Shown one piece after another: positions 18,837-29,287 of a DNA stretch of 64,000 nucleotides. Each line of letters opens with the position of its first letter. The stretch's first letter is position 1. Under the pieces are notes generated by a model. It was not told the origin of the DNA. It made no database searches and saw only the letters and a list, made by a program, of their open reading frames with translations. The position numbers and the translations under genes are program-made. Source of the stretch: an uncultured Chloroflexia bacterium (GTDB lineage: Bacteria; Chloroflexota; Limnocylindria; QHBO01); assembly GCA_963750025.1 (NCBI GenBank), contig CAVVPF010000007.1, forward strand, positions 95,661 to 159,660, written 5' to 3'.

Positions 18837-18924
18837 AGCGAGCTCCGGAAAGAGGCCCGCCGGGCCCGGCCATCCCATCGGTCCATCCTGATCTTCTGAC
18901 CGTGCGTGCTACCATCGGGCGACC

Positions 18925-21145
18925 ATGGACCTGGCACGCCTGCGGGCGGCCCCGGCCGCCGTGGCGAAGCGCATCTCACGGTCCGCGGAGCAGGCGGCCA
19001 GGACGCCCACCATCGAATCTGTCGTCGCCGAGGCGCGACGCCATCGGCCGAGCATCAACGTCGGCCTGATCGAACGCGCCCACGAGGTGGCGACGGCCGC
19101 CCACGAGGGGCAGCTGCGGGCATCGGGCGAGCCGTACATCACCCACCCGGTGGCGGTCGCCTACGAGCTGGCGGCGCTCCAGATGGACGCCGAGAGCATC
19201 GCCGCGGCGCTCCTCCACGACGTCCCCGAGGACACCGACCTGACCATTGCCGGACATCGAGAAGCGCTTCGGGCGCGAGGTGGCGCAAGGCTGGTCGACG
19301 GGGTCACCAAGCTCAGCAAGTTCGGATCGGCCCGCTCCATGGAGGAGCAGCAGGCGGAGAACATCCGAAAGATGTTCCTGGCCATGGCCGAGGACGTGCG
19401 GGTGGTCATCATCAAGCTCGCCGACCGGCTCCACAACATGCGCACGCTCGGCGCCCTGCCGCCCGACAAGCAGATTCGCATCGCACGCCAGACGATGGAG
19501 ATCTACGCGCCGCTGGCGCATCGGCTGGGGATCTGGCAGTGGAAGTGGGAGCTCGAGGATCTGGCGTTCAAGTACACCGAGCCGGAGAAGTTCCGCAAGC
19601 TGGTCGAGATGCTGGCCGACCGTCGCAAGGAGCGCGAGTCGTTCATCAACAAGAGCATCACCATCCTGCGCAAGGAGCTGGCCAAGGTCGGCATCGAGGC
19701 GGAGATCAGCGGCCGGCCCAAGCACCTGTACAGCATCTCCCGCAAGATGGAGCGCAAGGGCGCTGAGTTCAGCGAGATCTACGATCTGCACGCCATCCGG
19801 CTGATCGTCGAGGAGGTGAAGGACACCTACGCCGCCCTGGGCGTGGTGCATTCGCTGTGGCGACCGATCCCGGGGCAGTTCGATGACTACATCGCCATGC
19901 CGAAGGCGAACCTCTACCAGTCGCTGCACACCGCCGTGATCGGTCCCGATGCCAAGCCGCTCGAGGTCCAGATCCGGACCCGCGAGATGCACGAGGTGGC
20001 GGAGGCTGGGATCGCCGCGCACTGGCGCTACAAGGAGGGCTCGCGCGGCGACCGGCGTTACGACGAGAAGCTGGCCTGGGTCCGCCAGCTGATCGAGTGG
20101 CAGCGCGAGGTGGTCGACGCCACCGAGTTCGTGGAGGGGCTCAAGCTCGACGTCTTCCAGGACCAGGTCTTCGTCTTCACCCCCAAGGGCGACGTCAAGG
20201 ACCTGCCCAACGGGGCCACCCCGCTCGACTTCGCCTACCGGATCCACACCGATGTCGGCCACCGCACCATCGGCTCCAAGGTCAACAACCGATTGGTGCC
20301 GCTCGACTACCGGCTGCGCAACGGCGACATCGTCGAGATCATCACCACCAAGGCGGCCCACGGGCCGTCGCGGGACTGGTTGTCGATCGTGCGCACCAAC
20401 CAGGCGCGCGAGAAGATCCGTGCCTGGTTCAAGCATCAGCAGCACGACGAGAACATCGACGCACGGCAAGGAGATGCTCGATCGCGAGCTGCGCCGCCTG
20501 GCCCACGAAACGCTGGCCACCATCCACGCCGAGAAGCTGCTCGAGATCGTGCAGCGCGCGCACTACAAGGAGCTGGACGACTTCTACGCCGCCATCGGCT
20601 ACGGCGCGGTCTCGGCGGCGAGCGTGGTCGGCAAGCTCGAGATCCACGACGATGCGGCGATCACCCTGCCCGAGGTCGCGCCGCCCACCGCCGCGGTCAC
20701 CTCAAGCGGGATCCGGGTCAAGGGGGTGGGCGACCTGCTGGTGCGCTTCGCGAACTGCTGCACGCCGATCCCCGGCGACGAGATCACCGGCTACGTGACC
20801 CGCGGCAAGGGGGTCACGGTGCACCGCGCCAGCTGCCCGTCGGTGCTGTCGGAGAAGGACATCGAGCGGCTGATCCACGTCGACTGGGAGGCGATCGACC
20901 AGCAGACCTACCCGATCACGGTGCGCATCACCGCCCTCGACCGCGCGGGCCTGCTCAACGAGATCACCAACGTGGTCGCCGAGGACAAGGTCAACATCGT
21001 GGCGGCCAGCATCGGAACGCACGACGATGGGACGGCCGTCATCACCGCCACGCTCAAGGTGACCAGCCTCCAGCAGCTGGCCAAGGTCCTGTCGCGCATC
21101 GAGCGAGTGCGCGACGTGATCAGCGTCGCTCGCGAGGCGCGCTAG
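18925..21145 (+). pseudogene. relA: Bifunctional (p)ppGpp synthetase/hydrolase RelA/SpoT homolog, one frameshift near 20461
   Basis: HD 'HPVAVA..HDVPEDT'; synthetase 'RPKHLYSISRKM','DLHAIRLIV'; TGS 'VFTPKGDVKDLPNGATPLDFAYRIH'. After 'WFKHQQHDENID' the protein continues in the +1 frame as 'HGKEMLDRELRRL...' (ORF 20252..21145) through the ACT domain. Confidence 0.9.
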
Positions 21146-21240
21146 GGGCTTCGCGGCGGGGCCTGGCCGGCGGAGCCGATCGACGCCGGGATAGGCAGAT
21201 CTTGGCGGTCATCAGCGCGTCACAGTTATCGCCGTCGTGG

Positions 21241-21387
21241 GTTATCTCTCAGTTGCGGGGGCTTATTGCACGCGGGTGAGCTGCATCCGCGGCCCGCCGG
21301 AGCGTAATTCTCCCTGGCTGAGAGGTAGGTTACCGGGGCGGCAGCCGGCAGCCGCTTCCAAGGTGTAAACGTCCGAGGGGGAGAATT
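21241..21387 (-). repeat. 146-147 nt structured repeat element, copy C (inverted relative to copies A and B)
   Basis: Its reverse complement aligns with 54532..54677 and 56040..56185. Shared blocks: 'aattctc', 'ctctc-N7-gagaa.tacgctc.ggcgggccgcgga', 'ataagccccc', 'ctgaga.ata'. Confidence 0.8.
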
Positions 21388-21416
21388 ACGAATGCGCGCG
21401 CATCGACGGGCTTACA

Positions 21417-21560
21417 CGGCCTACCATACGGCCTACCATTCGGCCTGCCATTCGGCCTGCCATCGGGCCTGGCTCTGCGGCCCGGCTCTACGGCCCGGCT
21501 CTGCGGCCTGGCTCTCCGACCCGGCTCTGCGACCCGGCTCTGCGGCCCGGCTCTCCGGCC
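21417..21560. repeat. Two adjacent tandem arrays: ~12-bp unit x4, then ~13-bp unit x7
   Basis: 'cggcctaccata/cggcctaccatt/cggcctgccatt/cggcctgccat', then 'cggcccggctctg'-type units (7 copies with point variants). They abut the 'aattctc' end of copy C. Confidence 0.85.
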
Positions 21561-21610
21561 CGGGCCGAGAGATGGCTCGCGTGGCGTAGCCGGCTCGGTA
21601 CACTCCGCGC

Positions 21611-22876
21611 ATGTCCCGCCCGATCTCCGCCCCTCGCGGCACCCGTGACCTCCTCCCCGAGGACGGAGCCGCCTGGAACCGCGTCGAGGCGATCGCGCGG
21701 GAGCTGAGCGCGCGGTACGCCTTCGGGCGCATCGAGACGCCGCTCTTTGAACGGACGGAGCTCTTTGCCCGCGGCCTGGGCGAATCGTCCGACGCCGTCG
21801 AGAAGGAGATGTTCCGCGTCTCAGGCGCCGCCGGCAGCGAGGAGGAGCGTGCCGAGTGGGCGCTGCGCCCTGAGCCGACCGCGGGGATCGTCCGCGCGTT
21901 CGTCGAGCACGGCATGCACGTGCGCCCCGGCCCTCTGCGCCTGTGGATGCTCGGCCCCATGTTCCGGTACGACCGGCCGCAGGCCGGACGCTTCAGGCAG
22001 TTCAGCCAGTGGGACGTCGAGGTCATCGGCGACCCAGGACCGATGGTCGACGCCGAGCTGATCGAGCTGGGGCACCGCTTCTACGCCGAGGCCGGCCTCA
22101 CCGATGTGGTGGCGTATGTCAACTCGATCGGCGATGCGAATTGCCGGCCGGCGTACCGCCAGAAGCTGGTCGACTACTTCGGCGCGCACGAGGACCGCCT
22201 GACCGATGACTCCCGCCGCCGGCTGCGCATCAACCCGCTGCGCGTGCTCGACGACAAGGATCTCGACGCCGAGCTGGCTGCCGGCGCGCCACGCTCGCTC
22301 GATCACCTGTGCGATGCCTGCCGCACCCACTTCGACGGGGTCAGGGGGCTCCTCGATGCGCTCAAGGTGCGCTACGAGATCGACCATCGGCTGGTCCGCG
22401 GGCTCGACTACTACACCCGCACCACCTTCGAGTTCTTCATCGCCGGGCGACGCGGGCAGCAGCAGGCGCTCGGCGGCGGTGGCCGCTACGACGGCCTGGC
22501 CGAGCTGCTGGGCGGCCAGTCAACGCCGGGGATCGGCTTCGGTATCGGCATCGATCGGACCGTGCTGGCAGCCGCCGAGCAGGGCGTTGAGGCACCGGCC
22601 GGCACGCCGCTGGTGGCGGTGGTCTCCGCTGACCCAGAGGCCCTCAAGCCTCGGCTGCGCGTGGCGGCCGCTCTACGCACCGACGGCCTGCGGGTTCGTG
22701 CCGATGGCAGCAGCCGAAAGCTTGGCAGGCAGCTCGAATCGGCCGCCAAGCTCGGCGCGCGCTGGGCAGTGATCGTCGGCGAGGAGCTGCACCGCGGGAA
22801 CGTGATCCTGCGGGATCTCGACGGGCACGAGCAACGCGAGCTCCCACTCGGCGAGGTGGCGGGCGCCATCGGCTGA
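21611..22876 (+). CDS. hisS: Histidine--tRNA ligase
   Basis: 'PRGTRDLLPED', 'MFRYDRPQAGRFRQFSQWDVEVIG', 'GGGRYDGL', C-terminal anticodon-binding domain. Confidence 0.95.
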   Translation: MSRPISAPRGTRDLLPEDGAAWNRVEAIARELSARYAFGRIETPLFERTELFARGLGESSDAVEKEMFRVSGAAGSEEERAEWALRPEPTAGIVRAFVEHGMHVRPGPLRLWMLGPMFRYDRPQAGRFRQFSQWDVEVIGDPGPMVDAELIELGHRFYAEAGLTDVVAYVNSIGDANCRPAYRQKLVDYFGAHEDRLTDDSRRRLRINPLRVLDDKDLDAELAAGAPRSLDHLCDACRTHFDGVRGLLDALKVRYEIDHRLVRGLDYYTRTTFEFFIAGRRGQQQALGGGGRYDGLAELLGGQSTPGIGFGIGIDRTVLAAAEQGVEAPAGTPLVAVVSADPEALKPRLRVAAALRTDGLRVRADGSSRKLGRQLESAAKLGARWAVIVGEELHRGNVILRDLDGHEQRELPLGEVAGAIG

Positions 22877-23146
22877 CGGCGACCCAGTCGGTCGCGAGAT
22901 TGTCAAATCGCAGCGGGGTTGCGGGTAGACCGCGCCGTCCGCGAGGCTTGGTCGCCCCGCCGCCAGGCCTGAGCGTGACCAGCGCATACCGCGCGGCTCG
23001 TTTGGGCCCTGAGGCTGGCCAACAGCAACCAGGTTGCGATCTGACGGCGCCAGACCGCCAGGGGTCGCGCCGTGTCGGGTTACGGGTCCGGCCAGGATCA
23101 TCCTCGCCGGCGGGCGGAGGCTGCCCTCCGTTACCATGCGTTTCTC

Positions 23147-24950
23147 ATGGGCCAGACCTTCCGGAGCCATACCTGCGGCGAGCTGCGCGCCTCCCACGTG
23201 GGGGAGCGGGTGACGCTGGCCGGCTGGGTGCATCGGCGCCGAGACCACGGGCATCTCGCCTTCTTCGACCTGCGCGACCGCTATGGGATCACCCAGCTGG
23301 TGACCAACGCCGAAGAGGCAGCGGACGCGCACGCCGCCGCCGAGCCGGCACGCAACGAATGGGTGGTGCAGGCAGAGGGCGTCGTCCGTGAGCGTCCGCC
23401 GGGGACCGCCAACGCCGACCTGGCGACCGGTGCGGTGGAGGTGGCGGTCGATCGGTTCGTGGTCCTCAACCCCAGCAAGGTGCCGCCGTTCTACCTGAAC
23501 GAGGAGCAGCCGGGGTTGGATGAGTCGATTCGGCTGGAGCACCGCTACCTGGACCTGCGCCGCCCGAGCCTGCAGGGTCGGATCCTGCTGCGGGCCCGCC
23601 TCTCGGCGGCGATCCGCCGCGCGATGGAGCAGGCCGGCTTCGTCGATATCGAAACGCCCACGTTGATCCGCAGCACGCCCGAGGGAGCGCGCGACTTCGT
23701 CGTGCCGTCTCGCCTCCAGCCCGGGAACTTCTACGCGCTGCCGCAGAGCCCGCAGGTGCTCAAGCAGCTGCTGATGGTGGCCGGTTACGACCGCTACTAC
23801 CAGCTGGCGCGTTGCTATCGCGACGAGGACCTGCGCGGGGATCGGCAGCTGGAATTCACCCAGCTCGACCTGGAGATGAGCTTCGTCGCCGAGCACGACG
23901 TGATGGACGCGGTCGAGGCGGTCGTGCTGGCGGTGACGCACGAGGTGCTTCCGGATCGGCCGATCCTGCACGAGCCGTTCCCACGTTTCACCTACGAGCA
24001 GGCGTTTGACCGATTCGGCTCGGACAAGCCGGATATCCGCTTCGCCATTGAGCTGATCGACTTGACCGATGCGGTGGCCGGCGTCGACTTTCGCGTCTTC
24101 GCCGATGCGCTCGAGGCCGGTGGAACGGTGCGCGGCGTGGTGGCGCCCGGTTGCGCCGACTGGTCGCGCCGCCAGCTCGACGAGTTGACCGAGCTTGCCC
24201 GCCGCCACGGCGCGGCGGGGCTGGTCCACCTGGCGGTGCAGACCGATGGCTCGCTCCACGGGCCGGCCGCCAAGTTCTTCGACGATGCGGCCCAAGGTCG
24301 GGTGCGGGCGGCAAGTGGCGCGAGAGCCGGCGACCTCCTGCTGATCGTGGCCGACGCCGATGCGCATCGGGCCCTTGACGTGCTGGGCCGGCTGCGCCTG
24401 GAGCTGGGGACGCGGCTGGGACTCCGCACTCCGGGCGTGCTGGCCTACGTCTGGGTCTACCGCTTCCCGATGTTCAGCTGGGACGCCGAGGCGCAGCGCT
24501 GGGATGCCACCCACAACCCGTTCAGCGCCCCGGTTTGGGAAGAGGCCGATCGCATGGAGGCCGATCCAGGATCGATCCACGCCCAGCAGTACGACCTGGC
24601 GCTGAATGGCTGGGAGCTGGGGGGCGGGTCCGTGCGGATCCACCGCCGCGACCTGCTGGAGCGTGCCTTCGCGCTGATGGGCCACACCGTCGAGGGGATG
24701 CGCGACCAGTTCGGCGCGCTGCTCGACGCCCTCGAGTACGGCGCGCCGCCCCACGGTGGGATCGCGCTGGGGCTCGACCGATGGGCGGCGCTGCTCGCCG
24801 ACCAGGACAACATCCGCGAGGTGATGGCCTTCCCCAAGACCCAGGCCGGGCAGCGACCTGATGATGGGCGCCCCTGCGCCGATCGCCCTCAAGCAGCTCG
24901 ACGAGCTGGGGCTGCGCCTGGAGAAGCCCGCGGGCGACGGGAAGGCGTAG
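23147..24950 (+). pseudogene. aspS: Aspartate--tRNA ligase, one frameshift near 24850
   Basis: 'LAGWVHRRRDHGHLAFFDLRDRYG', 'LPQSPQVLKQLLM', 'FTQLDLEMSF', 'GWELGGGSVRIH', 'PPHGGIALGLDR'. After 'MAFPKTQAGQ' the conserved tail 'DLMMGAPAPIALKQLDELGLRLEK' is in another frame and ends at TAG 24948-24950. Confidence 0.9.
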
Positions 24951-25054
24951 GCACGCCGCTCCCCGGAGGCCTTTTTTGGGGTCGGCCGTCACCTGGTGCC
25001 TACAACGGCCACCCTGAGGTTGCAACTTGGCTGGCGAGGTCAGGAGATGACCAA

Positions 25055-25114
25055 GCAGCCACGCAGACCGCTTGATCCGCGCTTCGTTGGTCGTTGTAGC
25101 CGCTGCGTGGCTGC
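25055..25114. repeat. Perfect 12-bp inverted repeat with 36-nt spacer between convergent aspS and ectC-like genes
   Basis: 'gcagccacgcag' (25055-25066) and 'ctgcgtggctgc' (25103-25114). Possible bidirectional terminator hairpin; no U-tract. Confidence 0.4.
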
Positions 25115-25134
25115 GGGCGCAGGGCCGCCAGCCG

Positions 25135-25527
25135 CTAGTCCGCGTCGCTCGTCGGTGGGAAGCTCCCGGATGCATCGTGAGTCTCTCCGCCGGTCAGCGC
25201 AGGGGCGAAGACGCACACCAGCCGTAGCTGCGAGATGACCCGCATGGTGTGTCGGTCGTGTTGGTCTAGGGCATACATGCTGCCCGGTGCAATGCGATGC
25301 CGCTCCCCGGTGGCCAGATCGGTGATCTCGGCCTCGCCCTCAAGGCAGTAGCAGGCCTCGAGGTGGTGCCTGTACTCCATCTCCAGCACCGCGCCGGTCG
25401 CGACCGTGGTGTCGTGCAGCGAGTAGCCCATCCCATCGGCGCGCAGCAGGAGACGGCGGCTGCGCCATCCCTCGCTGGCCACGTCGCGCTCGGTGCCGAT
25501 CACTTCATCGACGGTCCGTACGATCAT
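25135..25527 (-). CDS. ectC: Ectoine synthase-type cupin (solitary EctC-like)
   Basis: 'MIVRTVDEVIGTERDV', 'GWRSRRLLLRADGMGYSLHDT', 'YRHHLEACYCLEGEAEI', 'MYALDQHDRH'. Start taken at the internal ATG (25527). Confidence 0.75.
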   Translation of the reverse strand: MIVRTVDEVIGTERDVASEGWRSRRLLLRADGMGYSLHDTTVATGAVLEMEYRHHLEACYCLEGEAEITDLATGERHRIAPGSMYALDQHDRHTMRVISQLRLVCVFAPALTGGETHDASGSFPPTSDAD

Positions 25528-25568
25528 CGGTTTCACCTCCATCTCGTTCGCGTCGTAGACTGCCCGCC

Positions 25569-26990
25569 GTGGCATCCCGCATGATCGGGGCCGTGCGGCG
25601 ATCGGCCGCGCTGGCCGCTCTCCTCTCGTTCGTCTGGCCCGGCCTGGGACAGGGATGGGTCGGGAAGCGGCTGCGCGCCTTCCTGTTTGCCGCGCCGATG
25701 ATCCTCCTTGTGGTGGTCGGTCTGTTGCTCGTCGTCACGCAGGGGAAGGCGCGCACAGCAGGGCTGCTCCTCCAGCCCCAGGTGCTGCTGGGCCTGCTGG
25801 CGCTGAATCTCGGGATCCTGTTGTATCGGCTGATTGCGATCGTGGATGCCTACCGGCTGGCTCGCGGCCGTTGGCCGGGGGCCTCGACCGGTGGTGGCCG
25901 ATGGGTGGCCGCCGGGCTTCTGGTGGTGATTCTGGCGGGCACGCTTGGGATGCACGCGGTCTTTGGCTATGTCGGCTACAAGGCCTACGACACGATCGAG
26001 ACCGTCTTCCACACGCCCGAGCCCACCCCGACGCCGGTGCCGCAGACCCTCGCTCCGGGGGCGACCCCGACGCCGCTCCCCACCCCCACCCCGCTGTCGC
26101 GCTGGTCGGCCGATGGCCGGCTCAACGTGCTGCTCATCGGCGGGGACGCCGGGCCGGGACGATGGAGCCTGCGCACCGACACGATGGAGCTGCTCAGCAT
26201 CGAGATCAGCACGGGCCGGGCGGCGCTCTTCGGCATCCCGCGCAACATGTTCAACACGCCGCTGCCCCCCGGCCCGGCCGATGCCTTCACTTGCCGCTGC
26301 TACCCGGACCTCCTGAGCTCGCTCTTCGTGTATGCCATCGCGCACCCGGAATGGTTCCCGGGGAGCATCCAGGAGCGGGGCTACCGCGCCGTCCAGGAGG
26401 CGATCCAGGAGATGATCGGCATGCAGATCGATGGACAGGTGGTGGTGACCCTCAACGGTTTCGTGCGCCTGGTAGACGCATTTGGCGGGCTCAATATGAC
26501 GACACCCGTCTCAGTCTCCGACTCGCACTACCCGAAGCCGGACGGCACCGGCAGCATTCGGCTGTGGATTCCGGCCGGGAAGCACCATTTCGACGGGCTC
26601 ACGGCATTGGCCTACGCCCGATCGCGCCACCAGGACAACGACTACAGCCGCATGGACCGCCAGCAGCTCGTCCTGCTGGCGCTGCGCCGCCAGATCAACC
26701 CATGCTCCGTGATCGAACGCATCCCGGAACTGCTCGATATCGCCAAGGACACGCTGTGGACCAACCTCCCGCTTGATGAGCTGCCGAACCTGCTCGAACT
26801 GGGCTCTCGCGTCCAGGCCAAGTCCATTGCGCGCTACCAGTTCTGGCCACCGGACATCAACGAGTACCTCGACACGCGCTCGCTGATGCTGATCCGACAG
26901 ATGGTGGCGCACCCATTCAAATCGCTTCCCGTCGCCACGCCCGTCCCTTCTGGCGTGACGCCGGCGCCCTCGTCGGGTGGGGGTTGCTAG
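25569..26990 (+). CDS. LytR-CpsA-Psr (LCP) family cell-envelope phosphotransferase
   Basis: N-terminal TM helices; 'LNVLLIGGDAGPGRWSLRTDTMELLSIEISTGRAALFGIPRN', 'ALAYARSRHQDNDYSRMDRQQ'. Confidence 0.85.
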   Translation: MASRMIGAVRRSAALAALLSFVWPGLGQGWVGKRLRAFLFAAPMILLVVVGLLLVVTQGKARTAGLLLQPQVLLGLLALNLGILLYRLIAIVDAYRLARGRWPGASTGGGRWVAAGLLVVILAGTLGMHAVFGYVGYKAYDTIETVFHTPEPTPTPVPQTLAPGATPTPLPTPTPLSRWSADGRLNVLLIGGDAGPGRWSLRTDTMELLSIEISTGRAALFGIPRNMFNTPLPPGPADAFTCRCYPDLLSSLFVYAIAHPEWFPGSIQERGYRAVQEAIQEMIGMQIDGQVVVTLNGFVRLVDAFGGLNMTTPVSVSDSHYPKPDGTGSIRLWIPAGKHHFDGLTALAYARSRHQDNDYSRMDRQQLVLLALRRQINPCSVIERIPELLDIAKDTLWTNLPLDELPNLLELGSRVQAKSIARYQFWPPDINEYLDTRSLMLIRQMVAHPFKSLPVATPVPSGVTPAPSSGGGC

Positions 26991-27003
26991 GCAAGGAGCG
27001 CGC

Positions 27004-28191
27004 ATGACGATCTACCTCGACCACGCCGCCACCACCCCGCTGCGCCCGGAGGTCCTGGAGGCCATGCTCCCGTACCTGACCCAGCACCACGGCAACCCGT
27101 CGAGCCTCCACGCAGCGGGGCGTCGAGCTCGCCAGGGGCTCGACGAGGCCCGAGAGGCGGTGGCCGGTATCCTGGGAGCCCAGCCCCGCGAGATCGTCTT
27201 CACCGGGGGCGGCAGCGAATCCGACAACCTGGCGATCAAAGGAGCTGCCTGGGCGTCCAGCGCCCGCGGCCGGCACATCGTCACCAGCCGCGTGGAGCAC
27301 ATGGCAGTGCTGCACACCTGTGCGATGCTGGAGCGTCAGGGGTTCGAGGTGACCTACCTGCCGGTGGACCGATATGGGCGGGTCGACCCGTCCCAGCTGG
27401 CCGAGGCCATTACCGACCACACCACCGTGGTCTCGATCATGTACGCCAACAACGAGGTCGGCACCATCCAGCCGATCGCCGAGATCGGGGCGATCTGCCG
27501 CCAGCGCCGGGTCATCTTCCACTCTGATGCCGTCCAAGCGGGCGGCTTCCTGCCGCTGCAGGTGGATCGCCTGGGGGTCGACCTGCTGAGCCTGGGAGCC
27601 CACAAGCTGTACGGCCCCAAGGGGGTCGGCGCGCTCTTCGTGCGACAGGGGACGGCGCTGCTGCCACAGCTGCAGGGCGGCTCGCAGGAGCGTCAGCGGC
27701 GAGCGGGGACCGAGAACGTGGCGGGGATCGTGGGCTTCGGGCGCGCCCTCGAGCTGGCGCAGGCGAATCCGGCGGCGCGCGACGCGGAGAACGCCCGACT
27801 GGCCGCCCTGTGCGACCAGCTGAGCGCCGGCCTGTTGCAGATCGGAGGAGCGGAGCTGACCGGGCACCTCACCGAGCGGCTGCCGAACAACAGCAGCATC
27901 CTGCTCGACGGCCTGGAGGGCGGCGACCTGGTGGCCGCTCTCGACCTGGAAGGGGTGGAGGTCAGCACCGGCAGCGCTTGTACCAGCGGATCGACCGAGC
28001 CAAGCCATGTCCTGCTGGCAATGGGGATCGACCCGCTGCGTGCCCACGGCTCGCTGCGGCTCACCGCCGGTCGCGACACCACCGGGGCCGATATCGGCCG
28101 TGTGGTCGAGGCGACCCGCGCGGTGGTGGCCCGCATGCGCGGGGTGCTGCCGGCCACGGTGCCGCAGCCCGCTGCGGGGACCTCGGGGTGA
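27004..28191 (+). CDS. Cysteine desulfurase (NifS/IscS family)
   Basis: 'IYLDHAATTP', 'GNPSSLHAAG', 'FTGGGSESDNLAIKG', 'SLGAHKLYGPKGVGALF' (PLP Lys), 'SGSACTSG' (active-site Cys). Confidence 0.9.
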   Translation: MTIYLDHAATTPLRPEVLEAMLPYLTQHHGNPSSLHAAGRRARQGLDEAREAVAGILGAQPREIVFTGGGSESDNLAIKGAAWASSARGRHIVTSRVEHMAVLHTCAMLERQGFEVTYLPVDRYGRVDPSQLAEAITDHTTVVSIMYANNEVGTIQPIAEIGAICRQRRVIFHSDAVQAGGFLPLQVDRLGVDLLSLGAHKLYGPKGVGALFVRQGTALLPQLQGGSQERQRRAGTENVAGIVGFGRALELAQANPAARDAENARLAALCDQLSAGLLQIGGAELTGHLTERLPNNSSILLDGLEGGDLVAALDLEGVEVSTGSACTSGSTEPSHVLLAMGIDPLRAHGSLRLTAGRDTTGADIGRVVEATRAVVARMRGVLPATVPQPAAGTSG

Positions 28192-29287
28192 GTCGCATCG
28201 TCGTCGCCATGAGCGGAGGGGTAGATTCGAGCGTGGCCGCGGCGCTGCTGGCCCGCGAGGCCCGGCAGCAAGGTGGCGGCGACGAGGTGATCGGCGTCTG
28301 GATGCGCCTCCATCCTGACGGCGGGGAGGGATACGAGCAGCGGCGGAGCTGCTGCTCGCCTGACGCCCACGACGACGCGCGGCGGGTCGCCCAGCTGCTC
28401 GGGATCCCGTTCTTCGCCCTGAATCTCGAGCAGAGCTTCGGCGAGCGGGTGATCGATGCGTTCGTCGATGGCTACCTGGCCGGCTCGACCCCCAATCCAT
28501 GCCAGGCGTGCAACCAGTACATCAAGTTCGATGAGCTGCTGCGCCGCGGCCTGGCGGCCTACGGTGCCGACCGGGTGGCGACCGGCCACTACGCTCGGGC
28601 CGAGCACCGCGACGGACGCTGGCGCCTGCTGCGCGCCGCGGATGCGGAGAAGGACCAGACCTACTTCCTGTGGGTCCTCGACCAGGCCCAGCTGGCGCAC
28701 ACCCGCTTTCCACTGGGCGAGCTGACCAAGCCCGCGGTGCGTGGCATCGCGGCGGAGCTGGGCCTGCCGACCGCCGACAAGCCGGAGAGCCAGGAGATCT
28801 GCTTCGTGCCGGCGGGCGACTATCGCGAGCTGCTCGCCGAGCGCCGCGGCTACCGGGGCGAGCCGGGTCCGATCGTCGATGGCGGCGGGGCGCGCATCGG
28901 CACGCACACTGGATACGCGCACTACACCGTTGGCCAGCGCCATGGGCTCGGAATCGCGGCTCGGCGAGGCGGTCTACGTGCGAGAGATCGACGCCCGAGA
29001 CCAACACGGTGGTGGTCGGCGCAGCGGGAGGAGATCGCCGCCGAGCGGTTTGTACTGGACGGCCGTCGATTCGTGGCCGGCGAGCCGCCGGGCCGAGCGT
29101 TTCGACGCAGCGGTGCGCATCCGGCACCGTGGCGCCGAGGCGGACTGCGAGGTGACCCTGGTCGGGGATGATCGCCTGCTGATTGAGACCGCCAGCCCGG
29201 TCTGGGCGCCGGCTGCCGGGCCAGGCTGCGGTGCTGTATGACGGCGAGGAGTGCCTGGGCGGGGGACGAATCGTCCGCGCCGCATGA
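28188..29287 (+). pseudogene. mnmA: tRNA 2-thiouridine(34) synthase MnmA, about 5 frame switches in the last ~330 nt
   Basis: PP-loop 'VAMSGGVDSSVAA'; 'NPCQACNQYIKF'; 'DQTYFLW'. The C-terminus must be read across three frames: '..GQRHGLGIA|LGEAVYVREIDAR|TNTVVVG|REEIAAERFVLDGRRFVAGEPPGRA|ERFDAAVRIRHRG..APAAG|QAAVLYDGEECLGGGRIV'. Confidence 0.85.

Noticed and set aside
20455-20470. Programmed ribosomal frameshifting to explain the split genes
   Set aside because: There are no slippery heptamers or prfB/dnaX-like contexts at the junctions. The shifts go in both directions and occur in about 15 unrelated genes, several times within single genes.
22877-23146. T-box or other leader upstream of aspS
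   Set aside because: The 270-nt spacer is structured-looking, but I could not find the conserved T-box sequence (AANNNGGGTGGNACCGCG-like) or a specifier-loop arrangement. Left unannotated.
22673-24892. 739-aa minus-strand ORF antisense to aspS
   Set aside because: Arg/Gly/Pro/Ala-rich composition with no recognisable motifs. The plus strand carries unmistakable AspRS motifs. This is a typical GC-rich shadow ORF.
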